50,384 nt of DNA from Pseudomonadota bacterium (GCA_043806835.1 JAZDGQ010000037.1:1-50384), one strand, 5' to 3'; counted from the stretch's first letter, positions 1 through 9,630 are shown. Program-made: numbers and translations. Notes: generated from the sequence alone by a model not told the origin.

Positions 1-216
1 GGCCTGATCGAAGCAGGTCAGCCCCTCGGTCGGGTCGCTATGCTTGAGAATCTGCCGTTCATAAGCCTTGTCCCTGGTTCGCACGGCATCCGAATGGCGC
101 ATCTGGATATCCATGATCTGCTGGTTGCAGCCCGGCGCCAGCTGCGCCCGCGCCGCCGTGACCGGAAGGCCGAGAAGGAGGAAGACCAGCAGAGCGGGAA
201 AAAAGGCTCTTCTCAT
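1..216 (-). CDS. Secreted hypothetical protein, 3'-truncated by the window edge; paralogue of 227..1078
   Basis: Not in the ORF track. Manual translation: MRRAFFPALLVFLLLGLPVTAARAQLAPGCNQQIMDIQMRHSDAVRTRDKAYERQILKHSDPTEGLTCFDQA... It has a signal peptide (ARA|Q) and shares the GCN...D...Q(I/L)...D...CF(D/N)QA pattern with the upstream gene. The ATG lies 10 nt after that gene's stop. Confidence 0.8.
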   Translation of the reverse strand, partial: MRRAFFPALLVFLLLGLPVTAARAQLAPGCNQQIMDIQMRHSDAVRTRDKAYERQILKHSDPTEGLTCFDQA

Positions 217-226
217 TTTAAAATCC

Positions 227-1078
227 TCATGGACACGCAACGCCGAGATCCGCCAGCGCCAGAACGTCTGCGGAGGTCTTACAGACGGAGAAATCCGGAA
301 TGATCCAGGGCGCTATGCCCGGAGTCGGCAGGGCGGCGATGGCCAAGTTCAGGTCGGAAAAGACGTTCTGACCCGCCGAGGCATCCCAGCTGGACATGAA
401 ATCGTCTCCGACGACGAAGGGCGCCACGGGGACGGGATAAGCTCCCGCAACGCCATTCACCAGATCGTTGAAGGTGGCGAAGGGAGCGCCCGTTTCTATC
501 CCCTCCGTCCTGACCAGATCCCACAAATCCGCCATTCCCGTGCAATTGAAGGGAGGTGCAGGCATGGGGGTCTCGAGTATTGTTGCGTCAGTAGGGCCGG
601 CGACCGCATAATTGATCGTTCCGCTCTGGAACCCTATGGCATTGGCAAAGTTCCCGACCCAGGCGCCTCCGCAAGCCAGCTTCCTGTTCCCGTAGCAGTT
701 TCCGTTGCCCTTCCCGTTCGGACACACGAATCCGCATGCGTTCCCGTCCCCGTACCAGCTTTGAAGAGCCGGGGTGATAATGGGCGTCAGCTGAACGGTG
801 AAATCCCCGGAGAAAATACTGCCGCCCGTCTTGGCGGAGATGTTCGCCGCCTGGTTGAAACAGCTCATGGCAAGGACGCTGTCCGGCTGCGAGATCAGTT
901 GACTGATGACCGCGACGTCATAGGCCACCTGGGCTTGCGCCTTGGCTTTCATGGCCGTCATCACCAGAGGATTGCATCCTTCGACGACCTGCGCCTGGGC
1001 GCTGGAGAACGTGAGGCAACCCACAGATACAACCGATAAAAAAAGTTTTACGAAACTTCTGAATATGCGACGCACCAT
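227..1078 (-). CDS. Secreted Cys-containing hypothetical protein
   Basis: 283-aa ORF with signal peptide (AQA|Q), GCNP...PDSVLAMSCFNQAA motif and an internal Cys/Gly-rich loop. Confidence 0.8.
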   Translation of the reverse strand: MVRRIFRSFVKLFLSVVSVGCLTFSSAQAQVVEGCNPLVMTAMKAKAQAQVAYDVAVISQLISQPDSVLAMSCFNQAANISAKTGGSIFSGDFTVQLTPIITPALQSWYGDGNACGFVCPNGKGNGNCYGNRKLACGGAWVGNFANAIGFQSGTINYAVAGPTDATILETPMPAPPFNCTGMADLWDLVRTEGIETGAPFATFNDLVNGVAGAYPVPVAPFVVGDDFMSSWDASAGQNVFSDLNLAIAALPTPGIAPWIIPDFSVCKTSADVLALADLGVACP

Positions 1079-1197
1079 GATACAAACCCCGATCTGCCTT
1101 TGTCCTTACACTCTAGCGAAATTTGCTCCAAATGTCTTGTATATTTATCATGAGATCGCTTAAGTTTCTAATATCTGAAGAGGAATTATACCTTATT

Positions 1198-1764
1198 ATG
1201 CGAATTTCAGGAGGAATTTACCGGGGACGGACCCTTTCCTCCCCAAAAGGCGGGGATACACGTCCCACCAGCGACAGGGCGCGGGAGGCGATTTTCAACA
1301 TCCTTCGCCACGGCAACTGGCATCATGGCGTGCTGAAGGAAGCGACAGTGCTGGATGTCTTCGCCGGCACCGGCGCTATGGGAATCGAAGCTCTTTCGCA
1401 AGGAGCCCTGCACGCCGTCTTCATCGAACGGGATCATACGGCGGCGGCAGTCTGCCAGAGCAATATCGACGCGCTGGGGGAAACGGAGCGCGCCGCCGTT
1501 TTCAAGTTCGACGCAGCGGATCCCGTTCCCCGACCCCTCTATCTCGAGCAGCGCTCCCTGGTCTTTCTGGATCCGCCGTATGGCAAATACATGGGCGCTG
1601 AGACCCTGAAGGGGCTTGTGGACAAGGACTGGCTCAGGGAACAGGCCGTCTGCGTGCTGGAGATGTCGAAAAAAACCCCCGAGATCCTCCCCGCCGGGTT
1701 CACGGTCAAGGACGAGCGCACTTACGGCATCGCGAAGGTGCAGTTTTTGGTATGGGAGCCGTGA
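1198..1764 (+). CDS. rsmD: 16S rRNA (guanine966-N2)-methyltransferase
   Basis: MRISGG..RGR, TRPTSDRAREAIFN, LDVFAGTGAMGIEALS and FLDPPY motifs; start moved to the ATG at 1198. Confidence 0.95.
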   Translation: MRISGGIYRGRTLSSPKGGDTRPTSDRAREAIFNILRHGNWHHGVLKEATVLDVFAGTGAMGIEALSQGALHAVFIERDHTAAAVCQSNIDALGETERAAVFKFDAADPVPRPLYLEQRSLVFLDPPYGKYMGAETLKGLVDKDWLREQAVCVLEMSKKTPEILPAGFTVKDERTYGIAKVQFLVWEP

Positions 1765-1776
1765 TAAACTGAATCG

Positions 1777-2301
1777 TCAGTTGTTGAAAGCAGTCTGCCG
1801 CCGATACTTTCCGTCGGGAACCCAGAATTTCTTCGTATCCGGAATTTCCGAGAGGATTTTGTACACCTCATCATCGAAATTCTCAATGTGTACTTCCCCA
1901 AATACGATATTTTTCGCTTCAGGATATTTTTCTTTAAGAAGAAATGCGCTCAATTGTTCGGGAGCAAGAGAATATTTCTGGATTACATCGCCTTCAATTT
2001 TATACCTGATGACTTCTTTTTTATTGCTTTCTTTAATCATGAGGAAAGTATAGCTGCCCGCTTTCAGTGTTCTTGCAGTCATAGGGACATAACTCTTTTC
2101 TTTCTTCTCTCTCTCATCAAGGGTATCAATCTGATATGTGCCCCCTTTGTCAACTATGCCGTACCCTTCTTTGTCTTCGCCATTCCATTTTCCCAGGAGC
2201 GCCGGATCAATAATGCCCTTATCCCAGTAGGGTCCAAAATCTCCCACTGGTATGCAGGAAGAAAGAAACAGGGCAGTCAGACACAACAAGATTTTTTTCA
2301 T
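1777..2301 (-). CDS. AT-rich hypothetical lipoprotein
   Basis: MKKILLCLTALFLSSC lipobox; visibly lower GC than the flanks; 15 nt downstream of the MCE operon. Confidence 0.75.
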   Translation of the reverse strand: MKKILLCLTALFLSSCIPVGDFGPYWDKGIIDPALLGKWNGEDKEGYGIVDKGGTYQIDTLDEREKKEKSYVPMTARTLKAGSYTFLMIKESNKKEVIRYKIEGDVIQKYSLAPEQLSAFLLKEKYPEAKNIVFGEVHIENFDDEVYKILSEIPDTKKFWVPDGKYRRQTAFNN

Positions 2302-2316
2302 TTTAACCTCAATTTT

Positions 2317-2910
2317 TTATTTACCCACTCCGGCGACAAATTTCCGCTGAACCCTGCTGAAAGCAGCTCCGAAAGCGGCCTGTATCTCCGGCAGACTGTC
2401 GCCGGAGGCTTTCTCCTCGGCGCTGCCTTCAAAAGAAACAAGGGGCACCCTCTCCGGATGACTGAGAAGGCTGGCTATCATCCGTATTTTGACAACGGGA
2501 GCGGAGACTCCCTGCCCGTACCCGGCATGAAACGCCCGGATTTCCGTTTTCAGAATCCTGTTGCCGGAGATTCCCGTCCCATCCGTCGTCACGGTTTTGA
2601 ACACCCCCGATTTTTCCAGCGTTTTCGTCAGATTGTCCTGAACCAGCACCGGCAGAAACTCCGACCATCTGGCTCCCGCGTAGTAATCCCATCGCTTTCC
2701 GTCCCTGACCAGCGCGATCCGGTAGGTGTCCAGTTCCGGCGCCGCGACCGGCAGGGCGACAATCAGGCTGTCGGCGCCGGACAGATGCCGGGTGTCCTCG
2801 AGGGGCGCAAGAGCGAACATAAAAGCCCTGCCCGTATCCCTCGGCGCCAGCGTGCAGGCCGCTGTCAGACACGTCGTCAAAATTCCGCACAGGATGAGGC
2901 TTTTTCTCAT
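2317..2910 (-). CDS. ABC-transport auxiliary lipoprotein (PqiC-like)
   Basis: Lipobox LTAAC; LDTYRIAL..YYAGARW pattern; last conserved gene of the MCE operon. Confidence 0.85.
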   Translation of the reverse strand: MRKSLILCGILTTCLTAACTLAPRDTGRAFMFALAPLEDTRHLSGADSLIVALPVAAPELDTYRIALVRDGKRWDYYAGARWSEFLPVLVQDNLTKTLEKSGVFKTVTTDGTGISGNRILKTEIRAFHAGYGQGVSAPVVKIRMIASLLSHPERVPLVSFEGSAEEKASGDSLPEIQAAFGAAFSRVQRKFVAGVGK

Positions 2911-3581
2911 TTCGGCACCTGATAGCCTTTGTATTCCGTACCCCGGATGACGATGGACGGGTCTTCCCGGAGCGTGCGCGCCAGCATCCTGATCTCCCGG
3001 AACGCGCTGGTGGCTTCAGTCAGGGCGTCGTGCGCTTCCGGAAAGAGTCCCTGATAGGCGGCGATGTTCTTGTCGTTCAGCAGCTTCTGCACCTGCACCA
3101 CCACCTGTTCCAGCTTCCCCATCACCTCCGGCATGCTGGAGAGGGCGGACTGCAGGTCCGACTTCCGTGAACGGATTACGGGATACTTTTCGTCCTTCTT
3201 TCGGGACAGGAGAAAAGGGGCCTTGTCCATCCCTGTGTTTTCGAGCGTGAGATAGGTCGTGCCGGTGATGCCCTGAAAGGACACCGTCGCGACGGTGTCC
3301 TCGCGGATGGGGGACGTGTCGATAATGTCCGCCGTCACGAGAATGCGGTCGTTGCCTCTGGAGACAAACCGGATATCCTGCACAAAGCCCACCTCGATCC
3401 CCTTCAGCTTGACCGGCGCGCCCCGCGCCAGCCCGGCCACGGAGCTGTCGAAGTAGACCGCGTACCGCACCATGTTCTTGCTATCGCTCCCCGCGCCGAA
3501 CGCGACCAGGTAATAAATAAAAGCAGCCACGCCGGTCAGAAAAAACAGCCCCACCCTGAAATAGTATTTTTCCGTTTCCAT
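2907..3581 (-). CDS. mlaD: MCE/MlaD family periplasmic protein
   Basis: N-terminal TM helix; FDSSVAGLARGAPVKLKGIEVG and QGITG MCE motifs. Confidence 0.9.
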   Translation of the reverse strand: METEKYYFRVGLFFLTGVAAFIYYLVAFGAGSDSKNMVRYAVYFDSSVAGLARGAPVKLKGIEVGFVQDIRFVSRGNDRILVTADIIDTSPIREDTVATVSFQGITGTTYLTLENTGMDKAPFLLSRKKDEKYPVIRSRKSDLQSALSSMPEVMGKLEQVVVQVQKLLNDKNIAAYQGLFPEAHDALTEATSAFREIRMLARTLREDPSIVIRGTEYKGYQVPK

Positions 3582-3585
3582 GTCC

Positions 3586-4344
3586 TCATCTCCTTGTCAT
3601 GAATTGCGCGCGCGGGCCGTGAAAATATTCCTGAAGCCACGGATGCCTGTCTTTCAGATGATCCTCCAGCGACCCCGTCCTGATTTTCCTGTCGATCAGG
3701 ACGGCGAGCCGGTCACAGATGGAATAAAGGCTGTCCAGATCGTGCGTAATCATGAACACCGATATGCCGAGATGATCCACCAGATCGCGGATCAGCCGGT
3801 CGAACCCTTCGGCGGCGACGGAATCCAGCCCCGCCGTCGGCTCGTCCAGAAACAATATCCTCGGATCAAGCACAAGCGCCCGCGCCAGAGCCGCCCGCCG
3901 GATCATGCCGCCGGACAACTCCGACGGATACTTCGGCCCTGCCGTGACGGGGAGTCCCACCATCTCGACCCTCATCCGCGCCAGCGCGCGGATATCGGCT
4001 TCGGAAAGCGCCGTCTGCTCCCTGAGCTGAAAGGCGATGTTCTCTATCACCGTCAGGTTGGAGAACAGGGCGCCCTTCTGGAACAGCACACCCCAGAGCT
4101 TCTGCACCTTCAGGAATTCTTTCGGCGCAAGCGAGGTGATGTCCTGCCCCTCGATTCGGACGGTTCCGGAAACCGGCTTGTGCAGGCCGATGATCGTGCG
4201 CAGCAGCACCGATTTCCCAGTGCCGTTGCCGCCGACGATCCCGATGATCTCCTTCGGGAAAATATCGAAATCAAGGCCGTCGTGCAGGACATTGGCGCCG
4301 AATCTGTTGACGAGGTTCCTGACTTCAATGAGCGGCTCCATCAT
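3586..4344 (-). CDS. mlaF: ABC transporter ATP-binding protein (MlaF-like)
   Basis: Walker A GGNGTGKS, LFQKGALF, PSELSGGM, FLDEPTAGLD. Confidence 0.92.
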   Translation of the reverse strand: MMEPLIEVRNLVNRFGANVLHDGLDFDIFPKEIIGIVGGNGTGKSVLLRTIIGLHKPVSGTVRIEGQDITSLAPKEFLKVQKLWGVLFQKGALFSNLTVIENIAFQLREQTALSEADIRALARMRVEMVGLPVTAGPKYPSELSGGMIRRAALARALVLDPRILFLDEPTAGLDSVAAEGFDRLIRDLVDHLGISVFMITHDLDSLYSICDRLAVLIDRKIRTGSLEDHLKDRHPWLQEYFHGPRAQFMTRR

Positions 4345-5471
4345 ATCCCCAGCTTCGTGAAAATGATGGAGAAAACGGCGTCAGCCACGATCACCAGGAA
4401 AATCGACTGCACAACAGCCGTGATGGTCTTGCGTCCTACGTCCTCGGCGGAGCCTCTCGCCTGCAAGCCCTGCATGCAGCCGACGATGCCGATCAGCACC
4501 GCGAAAACCGGCGCCTTGCACAGGCCGACGTAAAACTGCTGCATGTCCGCAGCCTCCTGCATGCGGGAAAGGAACTGCATATGGGAATATCCCAGAAAGG
4601 AGGACGAAAAAACATACCCTCCCAGCAGCCCCATCATGTCCGCGAGAATCGTCAGCAGCGGCAGGGCGATCAGGATGGCGAGAACCCGCGGCAGCACCAG
4701 CACCTCGAAGGGGGACACGCCCATCGTCTGCAGGGCATCCACTTCCTCGTTCAGCTTCATGGTGCCAAGCTGGGCGGCGAAGGCGCTGCCGGATCTGCCG
4801 GCGAGCATGATGGCGGTTATCAGCACGCCCATCTCGCGCAGAATCGACAGCACCATCAGATCGATGGTATAGATCGTCGCGTCGAATTTCTGCAACTGGG
4901 AGGCTCCCTGATACCCGGTCACGAAAGCGATGGAGAACGCCATCAGGGCGATGATCGGGATTGCCTTGACGCCGACATCGTTGATGTGAAAGACGACATT
5001 GCGGAAACGCAGGTGCTTCGGATGGAAAATCCGGCTCGCCACGCTGGTCAGGAACTCGCCGAAAAAAACGATCCCCCGGACACAATCCCGCCGGACGCCG
5101 TCGATCTGCCGTCCGGCAGCTGTGAAAAACGCCCTGGCCGGCGGCGGGGGCGCGTACGGTTCCTCCTTCTCGTGCGGAAGGCCGGAGACCCTTTCAAGAA
5201 TGCGCCGGTGTCCTTCCCTGAAGCGGAGCATCCCGACGGAAAGTCCCTTCCCCCGCAAACGGATCATCAGGGAATCCAGATACCACGCCGCCGAGATGTC
5301 GAAGCTCTTCAGTTCCCCGCCGTCCAGCGTGACGTGTCCGGCATCCCCGAAAGAAAGCTTCTCCATTTCTTTCTTGATGCCGGGCAGGGCGAACACCGTC
5401 CAGTCCCCCTTCAGGGAAAGCGTGACGCCCCCCTGTTCCTCGTCCGTCCGGAGGGCGCACCAGAGCGTCAT
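4341..5471 (-). CDS. mlaE: MlaE family permease with N-terminal STAS domain
   Basis: REMGVLITAIMLAGRSGSAFAAQLGTMKLNEEVDAL; N-terminal STAS-like segment (FDISAAWYL). Confidence 0.92.
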   Translation of the reverse strand: MTLWCALRTDEEQGGVTLSLKGDWTVFALPGIKKEMEKLSFGDAGHVTLDGGELKSFDISAAWYLDSLMIRLRGKGLSVGMLRFREGHRRILERVSGLPHEKEEPYAPPPPARAFFTAAGRQIDGVRRDCVRGIVFFGEFLTSVASRIFHPKHLRFRNVVFHINDVGVKAIPIIALMAFSIAFVTGYQGASQLQKFDATIYTIDLMVLSILREMGVLITAIMLAGRSGSAFAAQLGTMKLNEEVDALQTMGVSPFEVLVLPRVLAILIALPLLTILADMMGLLGGYVFSSSFLGYSHMQFLSRMQEAADMQQFYVGLCKAPVFAVLIGIVGCMQGLQARGSAEDVGRKTITAVVQSIFLVIVADAVFSIIFTKLGI

Positions 5472-7003
5472 GATTCCATGCCCTTCAGATCGGGGGAAGA
5501 CAGGATCACCGCCTCAAGCCCCACCCGCTCCGCCAGACCCTTCAGGACATCCCGTATCGCGTCGGCGTTGAGCATCCCGGCCTTGTCGTTCAGCCTCAGG
5601 ACGAGATGTTCGGGGGTCGCTTCCAGTTCCGTGTGCCGCAGCAGCCCGAGCGCCCCGCCGGTCAGCAGATATCCCATGCGCTGCGCGAGGCCGGCGGTGA
5701 CCGCAAGATCGACGACCCTGTTGTCGAGGAACGCCTGCGCCGGCCTTGTCACCTCGTCGATCTCCTCCCCGCGGGAAATGCGGCGCAGGTATCCCTTGTA
5801 CCGCACATACTGCGACAGCGCCAGAAACGCGCGACCCGCATGGTCGATCCCGTAAAGGGGCATGACAAGGATGCGCCGGAAGGCGTGATCCGCCTGATAA
5901 TCCTCGTGCTCGAACCAGCCCGTGTCGCTGAGCAGACAGCTCGCCTCCAGCACCCTTGAGAATTCCGCGTTTTTACCGGCAAACAGAGGCTCCATCCATC
6001 CGGCCAGCGTCTTGAACGCCCTGATGTCGTCGAACCGGCTGATCTTGAGGGCTATTTTCGTGCAGCTGGCGAGCAGCGGATCCTGCGCCTGCGCGGCGGG
6101 TTTCAACTGGTCGTACACAAGCCCCTCGCGCAGACCGGTGCCGGAAAAAATAAGTTTTCGCGGACGGATTCTCTCGAAAAGAAGTTCCATCGTCAGCGCC
6201 GCGATGCCCATGTCCGTGATGCGCCTTTTTGACATTCCGGCGGCTTTCTCAAGAGAGTCGGGACTCTCCCGCGAAACAAGCCCGGCGAACTCCGCCGCCT
6301 TTTCACCATCCACCTGATAATGATCGAGAACCCGGATCGGATACTGCGTCATGTGCATGTGCGCCAGAGCCATGGAGCGCCATGCCCCGCCGATCGCGTA
6401 AAAATCGCGTCCGGCGCAGTCCTTCAGGAAATCGACGCCGTCCAGATGCTCCCCGATTATTTTCACCCGCGCCTCGCGGCTCGTTTCCGCCGACAGGCGG
6501 TGGGAGCCGACAGGCAGGCTCGCCTTGTGCCGCACCCTGTCTTTTTCGAGAGCAATCAGTTCCAGCGAGCCGCCGCCATAATCCCCGATCAGGCCGTCGC
6601 CCCCGAATCCGTTGGCAAGGACGCCCAGCGCCGACAGCCTCGCCTCCTCCTCCCCGTCGATCACGGAGATCGTCAGGCCGAATTCCTTCTGAACCGTATC
6701 GACGAAATTCCTGCCGTCCATGGCGTCCCGCACAGCCGCCGTCGCCACCGTCCGCACGTTCCCGATCCTCATCGCCTCCAGAAGCCCGGAAAACCGGCGG
6801 AGGATGTTCAGAGCCTTTTTCACGGAATCGGGATTCAGGCGCCCTGTCGTCGCCATATCCGCGCCGAGGTTGCAGATGGATCTCTCCCTGTGGATGATGG
6901 CGGGAGCGCGGTTGAACCCGTCATATACCACAAGGCGCACCGCGTTGGAGCCGATATCGATGATGGCGACATAGTTTCTGATGACTGAATGCCGATCGGA
7001 CAT
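5468..7003 (-). CDS. ppx: Exopolyphosphatase Ppx/GppA
   Basis: IIDIGSNAVRLVVY, ATAAVRDA, GEEEARLS, DYGGGSLE, GLREG; start placed at ATG 7003 to avoid overlapping sixA. Confidence 0.92.
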   Translation of the reverse strand: MSDRHSVIRNYVAIIDIGSNAVRLVVYDGFNRAPAIIHRERSICNLGADMATTGRLNPDSVKKALNILRRFSGLLEAMRIGNVRTVATAAVRDAMDGRNFVDTVQKEFGLTISVIDGEEEARLSALGVLANGFGGDGLIGDYGGGSLELIALEKDRVRHKASLPVGSHRLSAETSREARVKIIGEHLDGVDFLKDCAGRDFYAIGGAWRSMALAHMHMTQYPIRVLDHYQVDGEKAAEFAGLVSRESPDSLEKAAGMSKRRITDMGIAALTMELLFERIRPRKLIFSGTGLREGLVYDQLKPAAQAQDPLLASCTKIALKISRFDDIRAFKTLAGWMEPLFAGKNAEFSRVLEASCLLSDTGWFEHEDYQADHAFRRILVMPLYGIDHAGRAFLALSQYVRYKGYLRRISRGEEIDEVTRPAQAFLDNRVVDLAVTAGLAQRMGYLLTGGALGLLRHTELEATPEHLVLRLNDKAGMLNADAIRDVLKGLAERVGLEAVILSSPDLKGMES

Positions 7004-7058
7004 GACAACCCCGTTCGCTTCTTTTATAGTCCGGAAGGAACGCCAAGGCAATAAAGAC

Positions 7059-7565
7059 ATGAAAACGCTTTATTTATTACGACATGCGCATACGCTCCCC
7101 GCCGCGCCGCCGGGTCTGGACGATCACGAGCGGATGCTGTCGGCACGGGGCATGGAGGAGGCGCAGAAAACCGGAATGTTCATGCGGGAACGCGGCCTGT
7201 TCCCCGATCTCGTCCTGGTCTCGTCGGCCGTCCGCGCCACCCGGACGGCGCACCTGATCCTCGACACGCTTTTCCACGGAACCGGCGGCGGCGCTGCCTG
7301 CCGTTCCGAACGCGGCCTCTATCAGGTCTCCGCCCAAAAAATCCTCAATGAAATCCGGAAAACGGACGACTCAATCCGCCGACTGATGCTGGTCGGACAC
7401 AATCCGGGCGTCTCCGAGCTGGCCGCAACCCTTGACAAGACAGGGAACCCCCTGCGGTTTGAAAGCATCGCCCCCGGCACGCTGGCCGTCTTCAGGGCGG
7501 AGTGCGCGGAATGGAAAGACTTTCCGCCGGATTCCTCCGCATTGGAGATTTTTTTCGCGCCGTAG
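7059..7565 (+). CDS. sixA: Phosphohistidine phosphatase, SixA family
   Basis: MKTLYLLRHA, SSAVRA, LVGHNPG motifs. Confidence 0.9.
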   Translation: MKTLYLLRHAHTLPAAPPGLDDHERMLSARGMEEAQKTGMFMRERGLFPDLVLVSSAVRATRTAHLILDTLFHGTGGGAACRSERGLYQVSAQKILNEIRKTDDSIRRLMLVGHNPGVSELAATLDKTGNPLRFESIAPGTLAVFRAECAEWKDFPPDSSALEIFFAP

Positions 7566-8100
7566 GGCGCTTCATCGCGATGTCCCACATCTTTTGCGGA
7601 TCCGTGTGAAAAACGAGGTCACGGTCGAAGTCGATGACCTTCCATTTTTTACGGTGTATTTCACCGGAAAGCTGCCCACGCCCCCAGGAGGAGATGCCTT
7701 TGAAAACAATATGCTCGCCGGAAACGGCGGCGTCGGACGTCGCGAAAGCCTCTCCCTCCGTGTAGCCGACCTGCAAATCGGAGACCGGAACCGTACCCGG
7801 CGCCGAAATGCCGAAAGCATGCAATGTGTAATAAGTGTTCGTATTGACCGGCCCGCCGAAATTCCGGCCTTCGCTGTTTTGCGGCGGCCTGTTCAGCACG
7901 AAGCCGAGCGCACTGTATCCGTCATGCCGCAAAACCAGAACAACCGTCCGGTCAAACACGCCGTCCCGCAGTTTTTCCGTGGCGACCAGGATTTTATGAT
8001 GCGCCGCGCCGGGCTGCTTCAGGTGGTACGGGAACCAGAAGAACAGCCCCGCCAGCAGCAGCAAAAAAACGCCGTCCGCCTGCCTGCCTGAGAGCTTCAT
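7492..8100 (-). CDS. YqgE/AlgH family protein
   Basis: FDRTVVLVLRH..GFVLNRP, GGPV, WGRGQLSGEI..W motifs; the 3' end overlaps sixA. Confidence 0.8.
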   Translation of the reverse strand: MKLSGRQADGVFLLLLAGLFFWFPYHLKQPGAAHHKILVATEKLRDGVFDRTVVLVLRHDGYSALGFVLNRPPQNSEGRNFGGPVNTNTYYTLHAFGISAPGTVPVSDLQVGYTEGEAFATSDAAVSGEHIVFKGISSWGRGQLSGEIHRKKWKVIDFDRDLVFHTDPQKMWDIAMKRPTARKKSPMRRNPAESLSIPRTPP

Positions 8101-9041
8101 GAACCGGGCGCCTTTTCCGCAGGACCGCGCGTCCTGTAAAGGGAATACAGGATGCCGGTCGCCAGTATCCCCACGGTGACGCCCAGCGACACGGCGGGCG
8201 GGAATTTATCGAGATTCAGGAAATCGACGATGAAAATCTTGCTGCCGATAAAAATCAGCACGATGGACAGCGCGTATTTAAGATAGGCGAAACGGTGCAA
8301 CATCGCGTCCAGCGCTAAAAAAAGCGCCCGCAGCCCGAGAATGGCGAAGATGTTGCTGGTATAGACGATATAGGTGTCCGTCGTGAGCGCGAGAATGGCG
8401 GGCACGCTGTCGACGGCGAAGACGATGTCGACGAGGTTGACCACCACCAGCGCCAGCATCAGCGGCGTGAACCACAGCTTCCCCTTGATGAGGACGGCCA
8501 TTTTATGGCCGTGCAGCTGCTCCGTGACGCGGATATGTTTTTTGCAGAAATGCACCACCGGATTCTTCGAGATGTCCTTTTCCCCTTCCTTCGCGAACAG
8601 CATCTTGATGCCGGTGAAAACGAGGAAGACCGCAAAGATATACAAAACCCAGTGATATCTGGAGACCATCTCCGCGCCCAGGCCGATCATGACGCCGCGC
8701 AGGACGATAGCGCCCAGAATGCCCCAGAACAGAACGCGATGCTGATATTTGCGCGGAACGGAAAAATACGTGAGCACTAGGGAGATGACGAAAATATTGT
8801 CGAGCGAGAGTGTCTTTTCGACGATAAATCCGGTCCAGTACAGCTCGGCGCTGGATTTGTCCATCGCGTACCAGACCCATCCGCCGAAGGCCAGCCCTAT
8901 CAGGATATAGGCCGCGCTGTAAATCAGGCTTTCGCGGACGCCGATCTCGTGATCTTTTTTCTGGAATACGCCCAGATCGAGAATCATCAGGGTAGCGATC
9001 ACACCCGCGAAAACAGCCCACATCCACAGAGGCTTATCCAT
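8097..9041 (-). CDS. terC: TerC/Alx family metal homeostasis membrane protein
   Basis: EKTLSLDNIFV, QHRVLFWGILGA, DIVFAVDSVPAI, SNIFAILGLR. Confidence 0.92.
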   Translation of the reverse strand: MDKPLWMWAVFAGVIATLMILDLGVFQKKDHEIGVRESLIYSAAYILIGLAFGGWVWYAMDKSSAELYWTGFIVEKTLSLDNIFVISLVLTYFSVPRKYQHRVLFWGILGAIVLRGVMIGLGAEMVSRYHWVLYIFAVFLVFTGIKMLFAKEGEKDISKNPVVHFCKKHIRVTEQLHGHKMAVLIKGKLWFTPLMLALVVVNLVDIVFAVDSVPAILALTTDTYIVYTSNIFAILGLRALFLALDAMLHRFAYLKYALSIVLIFIGSKIFIVDFLNLDKFPPAVSLGVTVGILATGILYSLYRTRGPAEKAPGS

Positions 9042-9567
9042 TGAGTTTCAACATTATTAAAAATCCCTCTCCAAGATCTTTGAGCGCAGGCAAAAGAGTG
9101 TTTGACGACATGTAGAGAAACGACAGGATGCAAATGACCAGCCAGCAGGCCACCAGGGGGTTCACGCGGTTTTTTCCGGTCAGGCCGATGAAAAGAAAAG
9201 CGATAAAGGGGGCCAGCCCCGTCAGAAGAAAATATGTAAAGCCGCGTATGAAGATAACGGCCACCCGGTTCAGATCCGCGTCCCCGATCAGATTCGGGAT
9301 GCCCGGCCCCGCCAGCAAGATATCCAGTTTGTAGATTCCGGTTGGATGCCCCCCGAAAAGCGCGGGGCCGGAGCCGTCCGTCAAAAAGAGAGCCAACCCC
9401 ACCGCCACCGAAAAAGCGGCCACAACAGGCACCGTCTGGCTGGGGGTCTTCGTTTTGCTGTTCCTGAACAGCACATTCGCCTGGGAAGACTCTTTTATCT
9501 GCTTGGCAAGCGCGAGTTTATCGTGAGCGCCGACAAGCTTCGCCTCCTTTTTCCCCCGTCTGAACAT
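9034..9567 (-). CDS. Hypothetical membrane protein
   Basis: 177 aa with about three hydrophobic segments; overlaps the terC start by 8 nt. Confidence 0.7.
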   Translation of the reverse strand: MFRRGKKEAKLVGAHDKLALAKQIKESSQANVLFRNSKTKTPSQTVPVVAAFSVAVGLALFLTDGSGPALFGGHPTGIYKLDILLAGPGIPNLIGDADLNRVAVIFIRGFTYFLLTGLAPFIAFLFIGLTGKNRVNPLVACWLVICILSFLYMSSNTLLPALKDLGEGFLIMLKLNG

Positions 9568-9630
9568 AATCCGTCCCTTCCCGGTTTTTTACGAAGACCA
9601 GTCTAACCAAGCCGAAGAGAAAATGAAAGC

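Noticed and set aside
68-1039. Long ORFs antisense or alternate-frame to real genes (e.g. 68..1039, 4581..5855, 9736..10995, 24028..26229, 33044..34504, 47622..49082, 49007..50287)
   Set aside because: Shadow ORFs expected in GC-rich coding DNA; each overlaps a gene with clear family motifs and has none of its own.
9042-9200. yybP-ykoY (Mn) riboswitch upstream of terC
   Set aside because: The region is coding sequence of the overlapping upstream gene, and no riboswitch structure was recognised.
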